The translations under genes were made by a program, and so were the position numbers. Positions 29,901 to 38,332 of a DNA stretch of 64,000 bases are shown piece after piece. The DNA is taken from the NCBI GenBank assembly GCA_964572965.1, contig CAZNHL010000007.1:21620-85619 (forward strand), written 5' to 3'. Source of the stretch: an uncultured Bifidobacteriaceae bacterium. GTDB lineage: Bacteria > Bacteroidota > Bacteroidia > Cytophagales > UBA9547. Every line of letters begins with the position of its first letter. Positions within the stretch are counted from its first letter, which is position 1. The notes under the pieces were generated by a model. That model made no database searches, had not been told where the DNA came from, and was given only the letters and a program-made list of their open reading frames with translations.

Positions 29901-31570
29901 GCGATTTGGATATTACAGGTAAGTTTACAGCCCCCAAAGTGAATGGGGTTCTAAATGCTGATAAAGTCCGTTTCAAGATCAATTACCTTAATACAGTTTA
30001 TAGTTTTACCGATAAAGTATATTTTGAAAACGGCAAAATAGTTACTAAAAATTTGAAGTTAAGAGACATCAATAATAATGTGACAGTTCTTAACGGAGGA
30101 CTTTATCATGATAATTTCAGGGATTTTTTGGTAGATATGGACGGAGTATGCAAGAACTTTGAAATTCTTCATACGCAGGCAGTTAATAATGATGCTTATT
30201 ATGGAACTGCTTTAGTGAGTGGCAGGTTCTCTATTCTGGGACCGTTTGAAAATATTGCAATTGAAGGGGAGTTTAAGTCTAATAAAGGCACTAAAATTTA
30301 TATACCCTTATCATCTTCTTCTACGGTTGAGCAGACCTCGTTTTTGCGTTATGTGAATAAGGCAAAGCCCGGGCAGGAAAAGGTAAAAGACTCTGTTAAA
30401 GTTGATTTATCAGGAGTGAAGCTTGACCTGAATATGGATATTACACAGGATGCTTATTGTGAAATTATCTTTGATCCACGCTCGGGTGATATTATCAAAG
30501 GTACAGGTCATGGATTGCTGAACATGAAGATTGATACCAAGGGTGATTTCAGTATAGCAGGTAAATACTACATTGATAAAGGCAGTTATAACTTTACAAT
30601 GATGAACCTGGTCAATAAGGCATTTACCATAGAGCCCAATAGTTCTATTGCCTGGAATGGTAATCCTTATGGAGGTATTCTTGATATTCGCTCAAGTTAT
30701 CTGCAATATGCCAGTTTGTTGCCTATTGCGCGTGCGGGAAGTATAACAAGTCATAATGATACTGTAACCTTGCAGCAGCGTGTTCCTGTAACTGTGGATA
30801 TGACATTGAAGGGAAACCTGCTGATGCCTGAAATTGGTTTGGGTATTACCATAAAGAGTTATGCTCCTACTATTTACAATTACATTGTAGATTTTTATTC
30901 AAGAATTAACAGTAATGAGCAGGAAATGAACCGACAGGCCTTCAGCTTGATTGTGCTTCAACGTTTTGCCAATGAAACATCTTTAGGCGCTTCAGCAGGA
31001 GCTATTGCCGGTTCCAGTTTAAGTGAAATGTTCTCCAACCAGCTTTCAGGCTGGGTGTCACAGCTGGATGAAAATTTGCAGGTTGATATTATCCTGAATG
31101 GTATGAGTTCTGAAGATTTACAAAATATTCGGACGAGGGTTTCTTACATGGTATTGGATGGAAGGCTGAAGCTGTCTGCCGATGGCGGACGTCTGAATAG
31201 TTATAATCAAACTACAGGTACATCTTCCGGCTCGTTTGCCGTTGACTGGGCAGTAGAATACCTGATTTTACCTAATGGTAATCTACGCCTTAAAATGTAC
31301 AATAAAACACGTCCGAACCCTCTGGGCGGCGCCTATGGTAACAACGCCAATACTATCACAGGATTCAGCTTAATGAATACTGAGAGTTTTGATAACCTGA
31401 TGGAATTATTCAGCAAAAAAATAAGAGAAGCTAAGGAAAATGAAACTGAACCTGAAAAAAAGGAAAATAAGAAGGAAAAATCAGAGCCGACAAGCATGCC
31501 TTTAGATATACCACAAAGAAGAAACGAAACTTTTTCAAGCGATTCTGCGAACATTTCAGGGGCAAAATAG
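26927..31570 (+). CDS. TamB-like translocation/assembly module protein
   Basis: 1547 aa with an N-terminal signal-anchor TM, a long beta-rich body and a DUF490-like C-terminal region. It has a TTG start 6 nt from the tsaD start. Confidence 0.75.
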   Translation: MTDFIKYLQVIKKATVRTLLILIFTVFVLLMVLVGAMRLPVVQTALVRYATEELSQMINQPIEIKAVDISWFDKLVLEGVSIKDSRKTDVIAVKQLIADFKLSSFIGPGKIVIEEVALDGAAVRLQTVNKEGLLNINEFIDNILVLLGPGEPRDKNLKPSQFIVNEVSLKNSFFSMDMDTEPHQPELGFDHYHFGFKDVSAHVSRLRIAADTFEIDVKGLKCTGLYNDFPVHKVNTFMRLTGQSMQFHKLHAELGKSFVRDSLVFNYEDFDSFLDFNKKVEIVARLDSSHVYSQDLAMFAPYLKRYEDYWGITGYARGTVENFSVKKMQLSFGKHTSMNGYVSFDGLPDFFSSYIQLKLKKANIYAEDLKQYFPGQDSYHYAQLFGRANGSVNFIGFPKDFVARWEVETNLGAVKTDINLKIKDSSDQSTYSGRLITKSFELGKLVGKESWLHQIDMDGAIKGSGFSANDVDLEIDTKIRRIGIEKYDYKNIIVQGRIRKQKYYGLLNIQDPNLTLTAEGDLDLSRYDWRVNMKMDLTGAQLDKLGFSDVPFFISSNSYLDLQRDKGAFLIGNAELYSTQLVYNNKYLLVDTIMLDSHLHGDSSRHDFTLRSDLLDFDAEGNYQFQQLAVDLPVLWKELKLSLSNNQNKIEEYYATKKAPANKYFINYYANLKDMNPLLDIFIPEVYVSPKTQIKGNYAYTDTASFELKTDIDEFRYEKYGFSGVNLYFDAFKPVKQHNTYAQLNLNVDKQTISNEGVTKDIDVNASWKDFHIDLDAKLNQIKYDNSAKLLSTIDFRDDGTTDIYFKELELKIDSAVWAMPEDNLLSIKGKEMNFSNLILESGEHQIGARGYISEDPDKLLLLFAKNFDLSTLNFMTQMKLSGKLNADARVHDAYNSLLTEALIDIDSLAVDGGLVGDVNGFMDWDNEKQVSNINGFLIRDGQKVLNLKGFVSQKDPEEQLHLKAVFNGTNVSLLEPFLSGMVSGVEGTASGDLDITGKFTAPKVNGVLNADKVRFKINYLNTVYSFTDKVYFENGKIVTKNLKLRDINNNVTVLNGGLYHDNFRDFLVDMDGVCKNFEILHTQAVNNDAYYGTALVSGRFSILGPFENIAIEGEFKSNKGTKIYIPLSSSSTVEQTSFLRYVNKAKPGQEKVKDSVKVDLSGVKLDLNMDITQDAYCEIIFDPRSGDIIKGTGHGLLNMKIDTKGDFSIAGKYYIDKGSYNFTMMNLVNKAFTIEPNSSIAWNGNPYGGILDIRSSYLQYASLLPIARAGSITSHNDTVTLQQRVPVTVDMTLKGNLLMPEIGLGITIKSYAPTIYNYIVDFYSRINSNEQEMNRQAFSLIVLQRFANETSLGASAGAIAGSSLSEMFSNQLSGWVSQLDENLQVDIILNGMSSEDLQNIRTRVSYMVLDGRLKLSADGGRLNSYNQTTGTSSGSFAVDWAVEYLILPNGNLRLKMYNKTRPNPLGGAYGNNANTITGFSLMNTESFDNLMELFSKKIREAKENETEPEKKENKKEKSEPTSMPLDIPQRRNETFSSDSANISGAK

Positions 31571-31574
31571 TTTT

Positions 31575-32888
31575 GTGGCTATGAAAGCACCTGAAAGCGT
31601 AGCAATACACTGGTTTAGACGTGATTTGAGACTGGAAGACAATGCCGCATTGTACCATGCCCTTAAATCCAATCTCCCTGTTATCCCCATTTTTATATTT
31701 GATGCAGAAATTCTTGATAAACTTGAAAATAAGTCAGACCGGCGGGTTGAGTTTATCCATTCTGCTTTAGAGGAAATCAATGATAAGCTGAAAAGTCTTG
31801 GTAGCTGCTTACAGGTTTTCTATGGCAAACCTGCTGAAGTATGGCAAACTATCCTGAAGCAATGGCCTGTAAAAGAAGTTTATGCCAATCATGACTATGA
31901 ACCGTCTGCCATAAAACGTGACAACAGCATTTATGAATTGCTGCAACGGAACGGTAGTCTTTTCAAAACCTTCAAAGATCAGTGCATTTTCGAGAAAGGG
32001 GAAGTAGTGAAGGACGACGGCAAACCTTATACCGTTTTTACACCTTATAGCCGTAAATGGCTGGCTAAAGTCAATGTTTTTTATGTTAAATCTTACCCTG
32101 TAGAGAAGTATTTCAGCCGGTTTGCAAAGCTTGAATTCAAAAGGGTGATTCCATTAAAAGAAATAGGATTTACAGCTGTTGGTCAGAAATTTCCGTCAAA
32201 AGAAATTCAAAAAGATATTGTCAGAAACTATGCTCAAACAAGAGATATACCTGCTGTGGAGGGTACAAGCCGCCTGAGTGTACATTTGCGTTTTGGCACA
32301 GTAAGTATAAGAGAGTTGGTGCGTGTTGGACAGGCATTAGATGCTACATGGTTGAAAGAGCTTATCTGGCGGGATTTTTATATGATGATCCTGTATCATT
32401 TTCCACAGGTAGTAAAGCATGCATTTAAACCCGATTATGACAGAATACATTGGAGGAATAACGAAGAAGAGTTTCTGGCTTGGTGTGATGGTAAAACAGG
32501 TTATCCTATAGTAGATGCAGGAATGCGTGAATTAAATACCACCGGCTTTATGCATAACCGTGTACGTATGATTGTTGCCAGTTTTCTTGTCAAACACTTA
32601 TTGATAGACTGGCGTTGGGGAGAGGCCTATTTTGCTGAAAAGTTGCTTGATTTTGATCTTTCAGCTAATAACGGAGGCTGGCAATGGGCTGCAGGCAGTG
32701 GCTGCGATGCTGCTCCATACTTTCGGGTTTTTAATCCCACCCTTCAAGCACAAAAGTTTGACCCGGAACTGAAATATATAAAAAAATGGGTGCCTGAATT
32801 GAATGATATTAATTATCAGCCAGTTGTAAATCATGAATTTGCCCGGAAAAGGGTGCTGGAAGTCTATAAAAAAGCATTGTCAGAATAG
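31575..32888 (+). CDS. Deoxyribodipyrimidine photolyase / cryptochrome family protein
   Basis: WFRRDLRLEDNAAL N-terminus. The C-terminus carries WREFY-like (WRDFY), MHNRVRM and GGWQWAAG motifs. Confidence 0.9.
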   Translation: MAMKAPESVAIHWFRRDLRLEDNAALYHALKSNLPVIPIFIFDAEILDKLENKSDRRVEFIHSALEEINDKLKSLGSCLQVFYGKPAEVWQTILKQWPVKEVYANHDYEPSAIKRDNSIYELLQRNGSLFKTFKDQCIFEKGEVVKDDGKPYTVFTPYSRKWLAKVNVFYVKSYPVEKYFSRFAKLEFKRVIPLKEIGFTAVGQKFPSKEIQKDIVRNYAQTRDIPAVEGTSRLSVHLRFGTVSIRELVRVGQALDATWLKELIWRDFYMMILYHFPQVVKHAFKPDYDRIHWRNNEEEFLAWCDGKTGYPIVDAGMRELNTTGFMHNRVRMIVASFLVKHLLIDWRWGEAYFAEKLLDFDLSANNGGWQWAAGSGCDAAPYFRVFNPTLQAQKFDPELKYIKKWVPELNDINYQPVVNHEFARKRVLEVYKKALSE

Positions 32889-33129
32889 TAATTGATTTCT
32901 TACACGAAGTAGTAGCTATATTTTTTATTGTAAATAGCTATGGATGAATGCTTCCTGATTATTTTTTTGATGCTAAAGAATACTGGTAAAAACTTTTCCT
33001 TACATGCCCTTGGTTGGTGTTTTAAAGAATCGTAATTTCAAAATTGAACGATCGGTGAATGGTTTTGAAATGCCATTTCTGCGGATATTTCAGAATAAGA
33101 AGATTTAATTTTCAATAATATATTATATA

Positions 33130-34170
33130 ATGGCAGCTGCTGACAACACCAAATTAGAGAAGCTTAAAGCGCTTCAGATTGTCATAGATAAACTTGACAA
33201 GGAATATGGAAAAGGGACGGTGATGAAGCTCAGCGATGAGCGTGTGGTTGATATTCCTGCGATTTCTACAGGTTCTTTAGGGCTTGATATCGCTTTGGGG
33301 ATCGGCGGATTGCCACGTGGTCGTGTGATTGAAATCTACGGTCCTGAATCTTCTGGTAAAACAACCCTGGCAATGCATACGATTGCAGAAGCTCAAAAAC
33401 TGGGCGGAATTGCAGCTTTCGTTGATGCGGAACATGCATTCGATAAATCTTATGCAGAGAAACTTGGTATCGATACAGAAAACCTTTTGATCTCTCAGCC
33501 GGACAATGGTGAGCAGGCTTTAGAAATTGCAGAACATTTGATCCGTTCAGGTGCGATTGATGTAATTGTAATTGACTCTGTAGCAGCCTTGGTTCCTAAG
33601 GCTGAATTAGAAGGTGATATGGGAGATAGTAAAATGGGTCTTCAGGCTCGTTTGATGTCTCAGGCTTTGAGAAAATTGACAGGTACAATTAATAAAACAG
33701 GTTGTTGCTGTATTTTCATTAACCAGTTGCGTGAGAAAATAGGAGTTATGTTTGGTAACCCTGAAACAACTACAGGTGGTAATGCCTTGAAATTCTATGC
33801 TTCGGTGCGTTTGGATATCCGTCGCGTTGGCCAGATCAAAGATGGCGAAGATGTGGTAGGTAACCGTACTAAAGTGAAAGTTGTCAAAAATAAAGTATCT
33901 CCGCCTTTCAAGGTAATTGAATTTGATATCATGTATGGTCAGGGAGTTTCTAAAGTAGGAGAGATTCTTGATCTGGGTGTTGAACTGGAGATTATCCAGA
34001 AGTCAGGTTCCTGGTTCTCATATAACGGGAATAAGCTTGGACAGGGCCGCGATTCAGTAAAGACTATCTTGTTGGATAATCCTGAGTTAATGGATGAAAT
34101 TGAAGGAAAAATAAGAGAAAAAATCAAAGGTGTTGATATTCTTAAAGTTGAAGTAGAACAAGATTCATAA
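33130..34170 (+). CDS. recA: Recombinase A
   Basis: GPESSGKTT Walker A and [37 protein letters not shown]. Confidence 0.98.
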   Translation: MAAADNTKLEKLKALQIVIDKLDKEYGKGTVMKLSDERVVDIPAISTGSLGLDIALGIGGLPRGRVIEIYGPESSGKTTLAMHTIAEAQKLGGIAAFVDAEHAFDKSYAEKLGIDTENLLISQPDNGEQALEIAEHLIRSGAIDVIVIDSVAALVPKAELEGDMGDSKMGLQARLMSQALRKLTGTINKTGCCCIFINQLREKIGVMFGNPETTTGGNALKFYASVRLDIRRVGQIKDGEDVVGNRTKVKVVKNKVSPPFKVIEFDIMYGQGVSKVGEILDLGVELEIIQKSGSWFSYNGNKLGQGRDSVKTILLDNPELMDEIEGKIREKIKGVDILKVEVEQDS

Positions 34171-34303
34171 AAATATATTCAGGCCATAGAAACATTTACT
34201 TGTTTCCGTGGATTGAATAATAAAATTTTAAACTTTATATTAAGTTTGATTTTTAAATAAAATAAATCATTTTTGCGTCAAAATTTTAAAAGAGGGAAAC
34301 AAT

Positions 34304-34525
34304 ATGTACTGGACATTAGAACTGGCTTCCTATTTGGAAGATGCCCCTTGGCCTGCTACTAAAGATGAATTGATTGACTTTTCTTTACGCTCCGGAGCGC
34401 CTAACGAAGTTGTCGAAAATCTTGAAGAGTTAGAAGATGATGGGCAACCTTACGAGAGTATAGAAGAGATCTGGCCTGATTATCCTACTAAGGACGACTT
34501 CCTGTTTAACGAAGACGAATATTAA
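34304..34525 (+). CDS. DUF2795-like small acidic protein
   Basis: 73 aa with the WPATKDELIDF pattern. Confidence 0.55.
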   Translation: MYWTLELASYLEDAPWPATKDELIDFSLRSGAPNEVVENLEELEDDGQPYESIEEIWPDYPTKDDFLFNEDEY

Positions 34526-34563
34526 AAGAAATAAAAACGTGTCGCGAGAGCGGCACATTTTTT

Positions 34564-35286
34564 TTGTCTATAGCATTACAAAATATTGTCCGGAGCTTCG
34601 GCGGCAAAAAGCTGTTCCAGGATTTCACTTGTGAAATACCTGACAATACTTTTGTGGCTGTAATCGGGCATAATGGGGTAGGGAAGTCTACCTTGTTCCG
34701 GATGCTGACCGGAGAATTAATCCCTGATAAGGGAACTGTGAAGCTGAGAGGAAAATTACTTTCTGACTGGTCTGTCAAAGAATTGGCAGGTGAAGTAGCT
34801 TTACTGCCTCAGAAGAACCCCATAGGTTTTTCTGTTAAGGCTTTGGATCTGGCAACAATGGGTCGTAATCGCTTTAAAAGGTCACTTGCTTATTTTGATG
34901 CAGTTGACTTTGAAAAAACAAAAGTGGTTTTTGACCAGTTGGGAATTATTCATTTGTCTGACAAAGACATTTTAACCCTGTCAGGAGGTGAACTTCAGCT
35001 TGTCTGGATAGCACAATTGATTTTGCAGGAAGCTGCTATTTGGTTACTTGATGAGCCTACGCAGAGTCTTGATGTGTACAATAAGAAACAACTTTTTGAT
35101 TTAATGCAAAAAATGGCAGAGTCTGATCATAGCATTATCTGTATTACCCACGATTTACATTACCTCAAAGATATGAAAGGCTTTGTGCTTAACCTGTCGA
35201 GGGAGAAGCCGCAATTACAGAATATTTCTGCCGATTTGATAGAGGAAGAGATCCGTTTTTTAGAAAGCCCATCCGGTAACCCTTGA
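34564..35286 (+). CDS. ABC transporter ATP-binding protein (no adjacent permease)
   Basis: Walker A GHNGVGKST, signature LSGGE and Walker B LLDEP. TTG start. Confidence 0.85.
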   Translation: MSIALQNIVRSFGGKKLFQDFTCEIPDNTFVAVIGHNGVGKSTLFRMLTGELIPDKGTVKLRGKLLSDWSVKELAGEVALLPQKNPIGFSVKALDLATMGRNRFKRSLAYFDAVDFEKTKVVFDQLGIIHLSDKDILTLSGGELQLVWIAQLILQEAAIWLLDEPTQSLDVYNKKQLFDLMQKMAESDHSIICITHDLHYLKDMKGFVLNLSREKPQLQNISADLIEEEIRFLESPSGNP

Positions 35287-35452
35287 CTTGCCTCCTCAAT
35301 TAAAGAAGAAAACCTGTCCAACCTAGCGGCAATATTGCTTTACAGAAGAGAAATAGTCTCTTTTTCTGACTCATGTAAGAGATCAACTTAAAAAGCGCGG
35401 TTTCTATAGTGTCATATTTTTATTTTTACCCGTATTTTTTTGTTTATTTTTT

Positions 35453-36742
35453 ATGCGGGAAGCCTTTATTAATCATGTATGGAAGTTTCAATATTTTGAT
35501 AACCAAATACTTACTACTTCGGATGGGGAATTGATTAGTGTCTTAAACAGAGGTTTTACAAATTCCGATTCCGGTCCTGATATCAGTAATGCCAGAGTGC
35601 GGATTGGAGATATTGAGTGGTTTGGAAATATTGAAATCCACCAGCGGTCTTCTGACTGGTATCAACATGGTCATGAAAAAGATAGGGCTTATGATAATGT
35701 GATTTTGCATCTGGTCTGGGAACACGATAAACCTGTTTTCAGAAGAGGAGGAGAAGAAATTCCTTGTCTGGAACTGAGAAGCAGGGTAGATGAAAAGGTG
35801 CTGTTTAACTACAATGCGCTCATTCATAAAGTATCTGCCCCTATAGCCTGTGCCGAGAGGTTTGATAAAGTACCTGTGCTGACAAAGTCAGTGATGATTG
35901 ATTATGCATTAATGAACCGTTTGGAGCGTAAAGCAGAAGATGTTTTAGCACTTTGGACTCAAACTGGCCATGATTGGGAAGAAACTGCATGGCGGCTACT
36001 GGTCAGGAATTTTGGTTTTAAAGTAAATGCAGAAGTAATGCAGCTGTTGGCCGAAGCTTTACCGCTTAAGTATTTGTTGAAGCATAGTAACAATAGCAAT
36101 CAGTTGGAGGCTATGTTGTTTGGAGTTGCGGGTTTCCTGGAAGAGTTGAAGCCGGATGGAGATGATTATCAAAGATTGTTACTACAGGAATATAAATTGC
36201 TTGAGCATAAGTTTTCTTTGAAAGACGGTGCTTTACATCAGGCTCAATGGAAGTTTTTAAGAATGCGCCCTCATAATTTCCCCACTGTCAGGCTTGCAGA
36301 ACTTGCAGCATTGATCAGAAATATACATCATCTGTTTTCTGTTTTTATCAGCATTGACCGTATTGAGGATGTGAAAAGGTTTTTACAGAAAGAAATGTCA
36401 CCTTACTGGCAGAAACACTATCATTTCGGAAAGAAATCTGCCAAATTAAATTACAGAATAGGGCAGGATTCAATAGAAAATATCCTTATTAACACAATTG
36501 TTCCTTTGCAGGTAGCTTATGCTAAATATAAAAAGGATGAAGCTTTGATGGATAACGCTATTCATTTGCTGGAGAAATGCGAGCCAGAAAATAATAAGAT
36601 TATAAGAGAGTGGCTTGGAATGGGCTTGCAATTGACCAATGCTGCTGAGACACAAGGGGCAATTGAGTGGATGAATGTTTTTTGTAAACCCAAAAAGTGT
36701 TTGAGCTGCAAGGCCGGGGCATTCTTATTAAAGCCTTACTGA
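35453..36742 (+). CDS. DUF2851 family protein
   Basis: 429 aa with GPDISNARV...GNIEIHQRSSDWYQHGHEKDRAYDNVILHLVW. Confidence 0.75.
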   Translation: MREAFINHVWKFQYFDNQILTTSDGELISVLNRGFTNSDSGPDISNARVRIGDIEWFGNIEIHQRSSDWYQHGHEKDRAYDNVILHLVWEHDKPVFRRGGEEIPCLELRSRVDEKVLFNYNALIHKVSAPIACAERFDKVPVLTKSVMIDYALMNRLERKAEDVLALWTQTGHDWEETAWRLLVRNFGFKVNAEVMQLLAEALPLKYLLKHSNNSNQLEAMLFGVAGFLEELKPDGDDYQRLLLQEYKLLEHKFSLKDGALHQAQWKFLRMRPHNFPTVRLAELAALIRNIHHLFSVFISIDRIEDVKRFLQKEMSPYWQKHYHFGKKSAKLNYRIGQDSIENILINTIVPLQVAYAKYKKDEALMDNAIHLLEKCEPENNKIIREWLGMGLQLTNAAETQGAIEWMNVFCKPKKCLSCKAGAFLLKPY

Positions 36743-36787
36743 TGATAGTTAAGTTTGGTGAGAGAAAGATTTGGGTATCATATTTTA

Positions 36788-36905
36788 TTGAGTATCCGTT
36801 TCATTTGTACCTTACCTGATTCATTCAACCTGAAATTCTAAATCCCAATCTACGTTATCTGCAGGAGAAAAACTGAAGAAGGTTTATAGAGGCGGATAAT
36901 CATTT
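36788..36905 (+). repeat. Intergenic repeat family, copy B (118 bp)
   Basis: The first 16 nt are identical to copy C. It shares the ACGTTATCTGCAGG core and the GGCGGATAATCATTT end. Confidence 0.8.
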
Positions 36906-36969
36906 ATTTTTTTGTAATCCTAAAAAGTGCTTATTTGCGAAGCACGTACATTGCTGCTGAAACCTAAGC

Positions 36970-38262
36970 ATGGATTTCTTCTCCTGGATCATTCATATTC
37001 CTATTCTGGCCTGGTTGTCATGGCGCTTTTATTTAAAGCAGCAGGCTAACCCGTTGGCGTTTTGCTATTGGCCGGCATTGGGCTTGAAGTTGCTGGCTGG
37101 AATAGCCCTCAATTTGGTTTATTTCTACTATTACAAGGAAGGAGATCTTATTTTTTATATAGAAAAGGTACAGGCAGCTATCGGTTTGCTAAAAACAGAG
37201 CCGTCGGTAGTCATTAGTTTTATATTTACAGATTATTTTCCTGAGAGTTATAGAGGTATTCTAGGTGTTTTAGAGAATGCCCCCAGAGCTTTGTTTTTTT
37301 TCAAATACCTCATTGTGGTTTTTGCTCTTTGCCTGAATAACTATTGGATAGCTGGTTTTTATTTGTCATTTCTGTCTTTTATTACTGTTTTTAAATTGGC
37401 CGGAAGCCTGGTTGATAATTACCGGGGAAGCACTATACCTGCCCTGATAGCTTTTTTGTTTTGGCCTCCTTTTTTGTTTTGGTCTTCAGGATTAATGAAA
37501 GATGCATTAACGATTACGTGTATTGCCTGGCTTGTTGATGCTTTTTTAAATAAGAAAAAAGTGTCCTGGATTGTGTGGCTAAGTTTGTTGCCGGTGACTT
37601 ATCTTTTGTTTAAGGTTAAGTTTTACTACGTTATTGTACTGCCATTACTTATAGGGCTGACTTTTGCAAAAGGTGTGGGACAACGGTTTTCTTCAGCTAC
37701 AAAGGTATTGATCATGTTTGGTTTAGGGTTGGTGTTCATGCTGCCTTTTATATTTATGAATGAATACCTTAATCCTGCAGATTTTTTAAAGCAGGTAATA
37801 ATCAATCATAATAGCAGTATTGGCAGCTATTTTGCTAAAACCGGTATAGCAGAGACCTTTGTCGCTTTTCCCGATCTGAGTGCAAATGTATGGAGTATGC
37901 TGTTTTATACTCCGAAAGCGCTGTTTACAGGTTTGTTTGAACCCCTTTGCTGGAATACAGCAAGCGCTTTGCAATTGCTTGATGGCCTTGTTAATTTAAT
38001 GGTTCTGACTGTCTCCGTTTATGCTTTGACGTTCTTTTTTCTCAAAAAAGGAAAGAAAGCCCTAAGTCTGGATTTTATAGCCGTCGGGGTTTATGTATTG
38101 ATTATGGCAGTATTACTTACTTTGGCTTCCCCTTCTTTAGGCACATTAACGAGATATAGAATAGGATTTATGCCATTCTATATGTTTATGATTTTAAATG
38201 CTTTTGATTGGCGCAGATCTGAAGTTTTTTTAAGATCAATTTTGACCATAAAAGTTAATTGA
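36970..38262 (+). CDS. Polytopic membrane protein of unknown function
   Basis: 430 aa with roughly 12 hydrophobic segments. I recognised no motif. Confidence 0.6.
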   Translation: MDFFSWIIHIPILAWLSWRFYLKQQANPLAFCYWPALGLKLLAGIALNLVYFYYYKEGDLIFYIEKVQAAIGLLKTEPSVVISFIFTDYFPESYRGILGVLENAPRALFFFKYLIVVFALCLNNYWIAGFYLSFLSFITVFKLAGSLVDNYRGSTIPALIAFLFWPPFLFWSSGLMKDALTITCIAWLVDAFLNKKKVSWIVWLSLLPVTYLLFKVKFYYVIVLPLLIGLTFAKGVGQRFSSATKVLIMFGLGLVFMLPFIFMNEYLNPADFLKQVIINHNSSIGSYFAKTGIAETFVAFPDLSANVWSMLFYTPKALFTGLFEPLCWNTASALQLLDGLVNLMVLTVSVYALTFFFLKKGKKALSLDFIAVGVYVLIMAVLLTLASPSLGTLTRYRIGFMPFYMFMILNAFDWRRSEVFLRSILTIKVN

Positions 38263-38332
38263 TTACAGAAATACAATAAAAATTTGTAAAATTGCGTTAA
38301 TCAGAAACTAAAGTTTTTAATATCAGTTCCCA

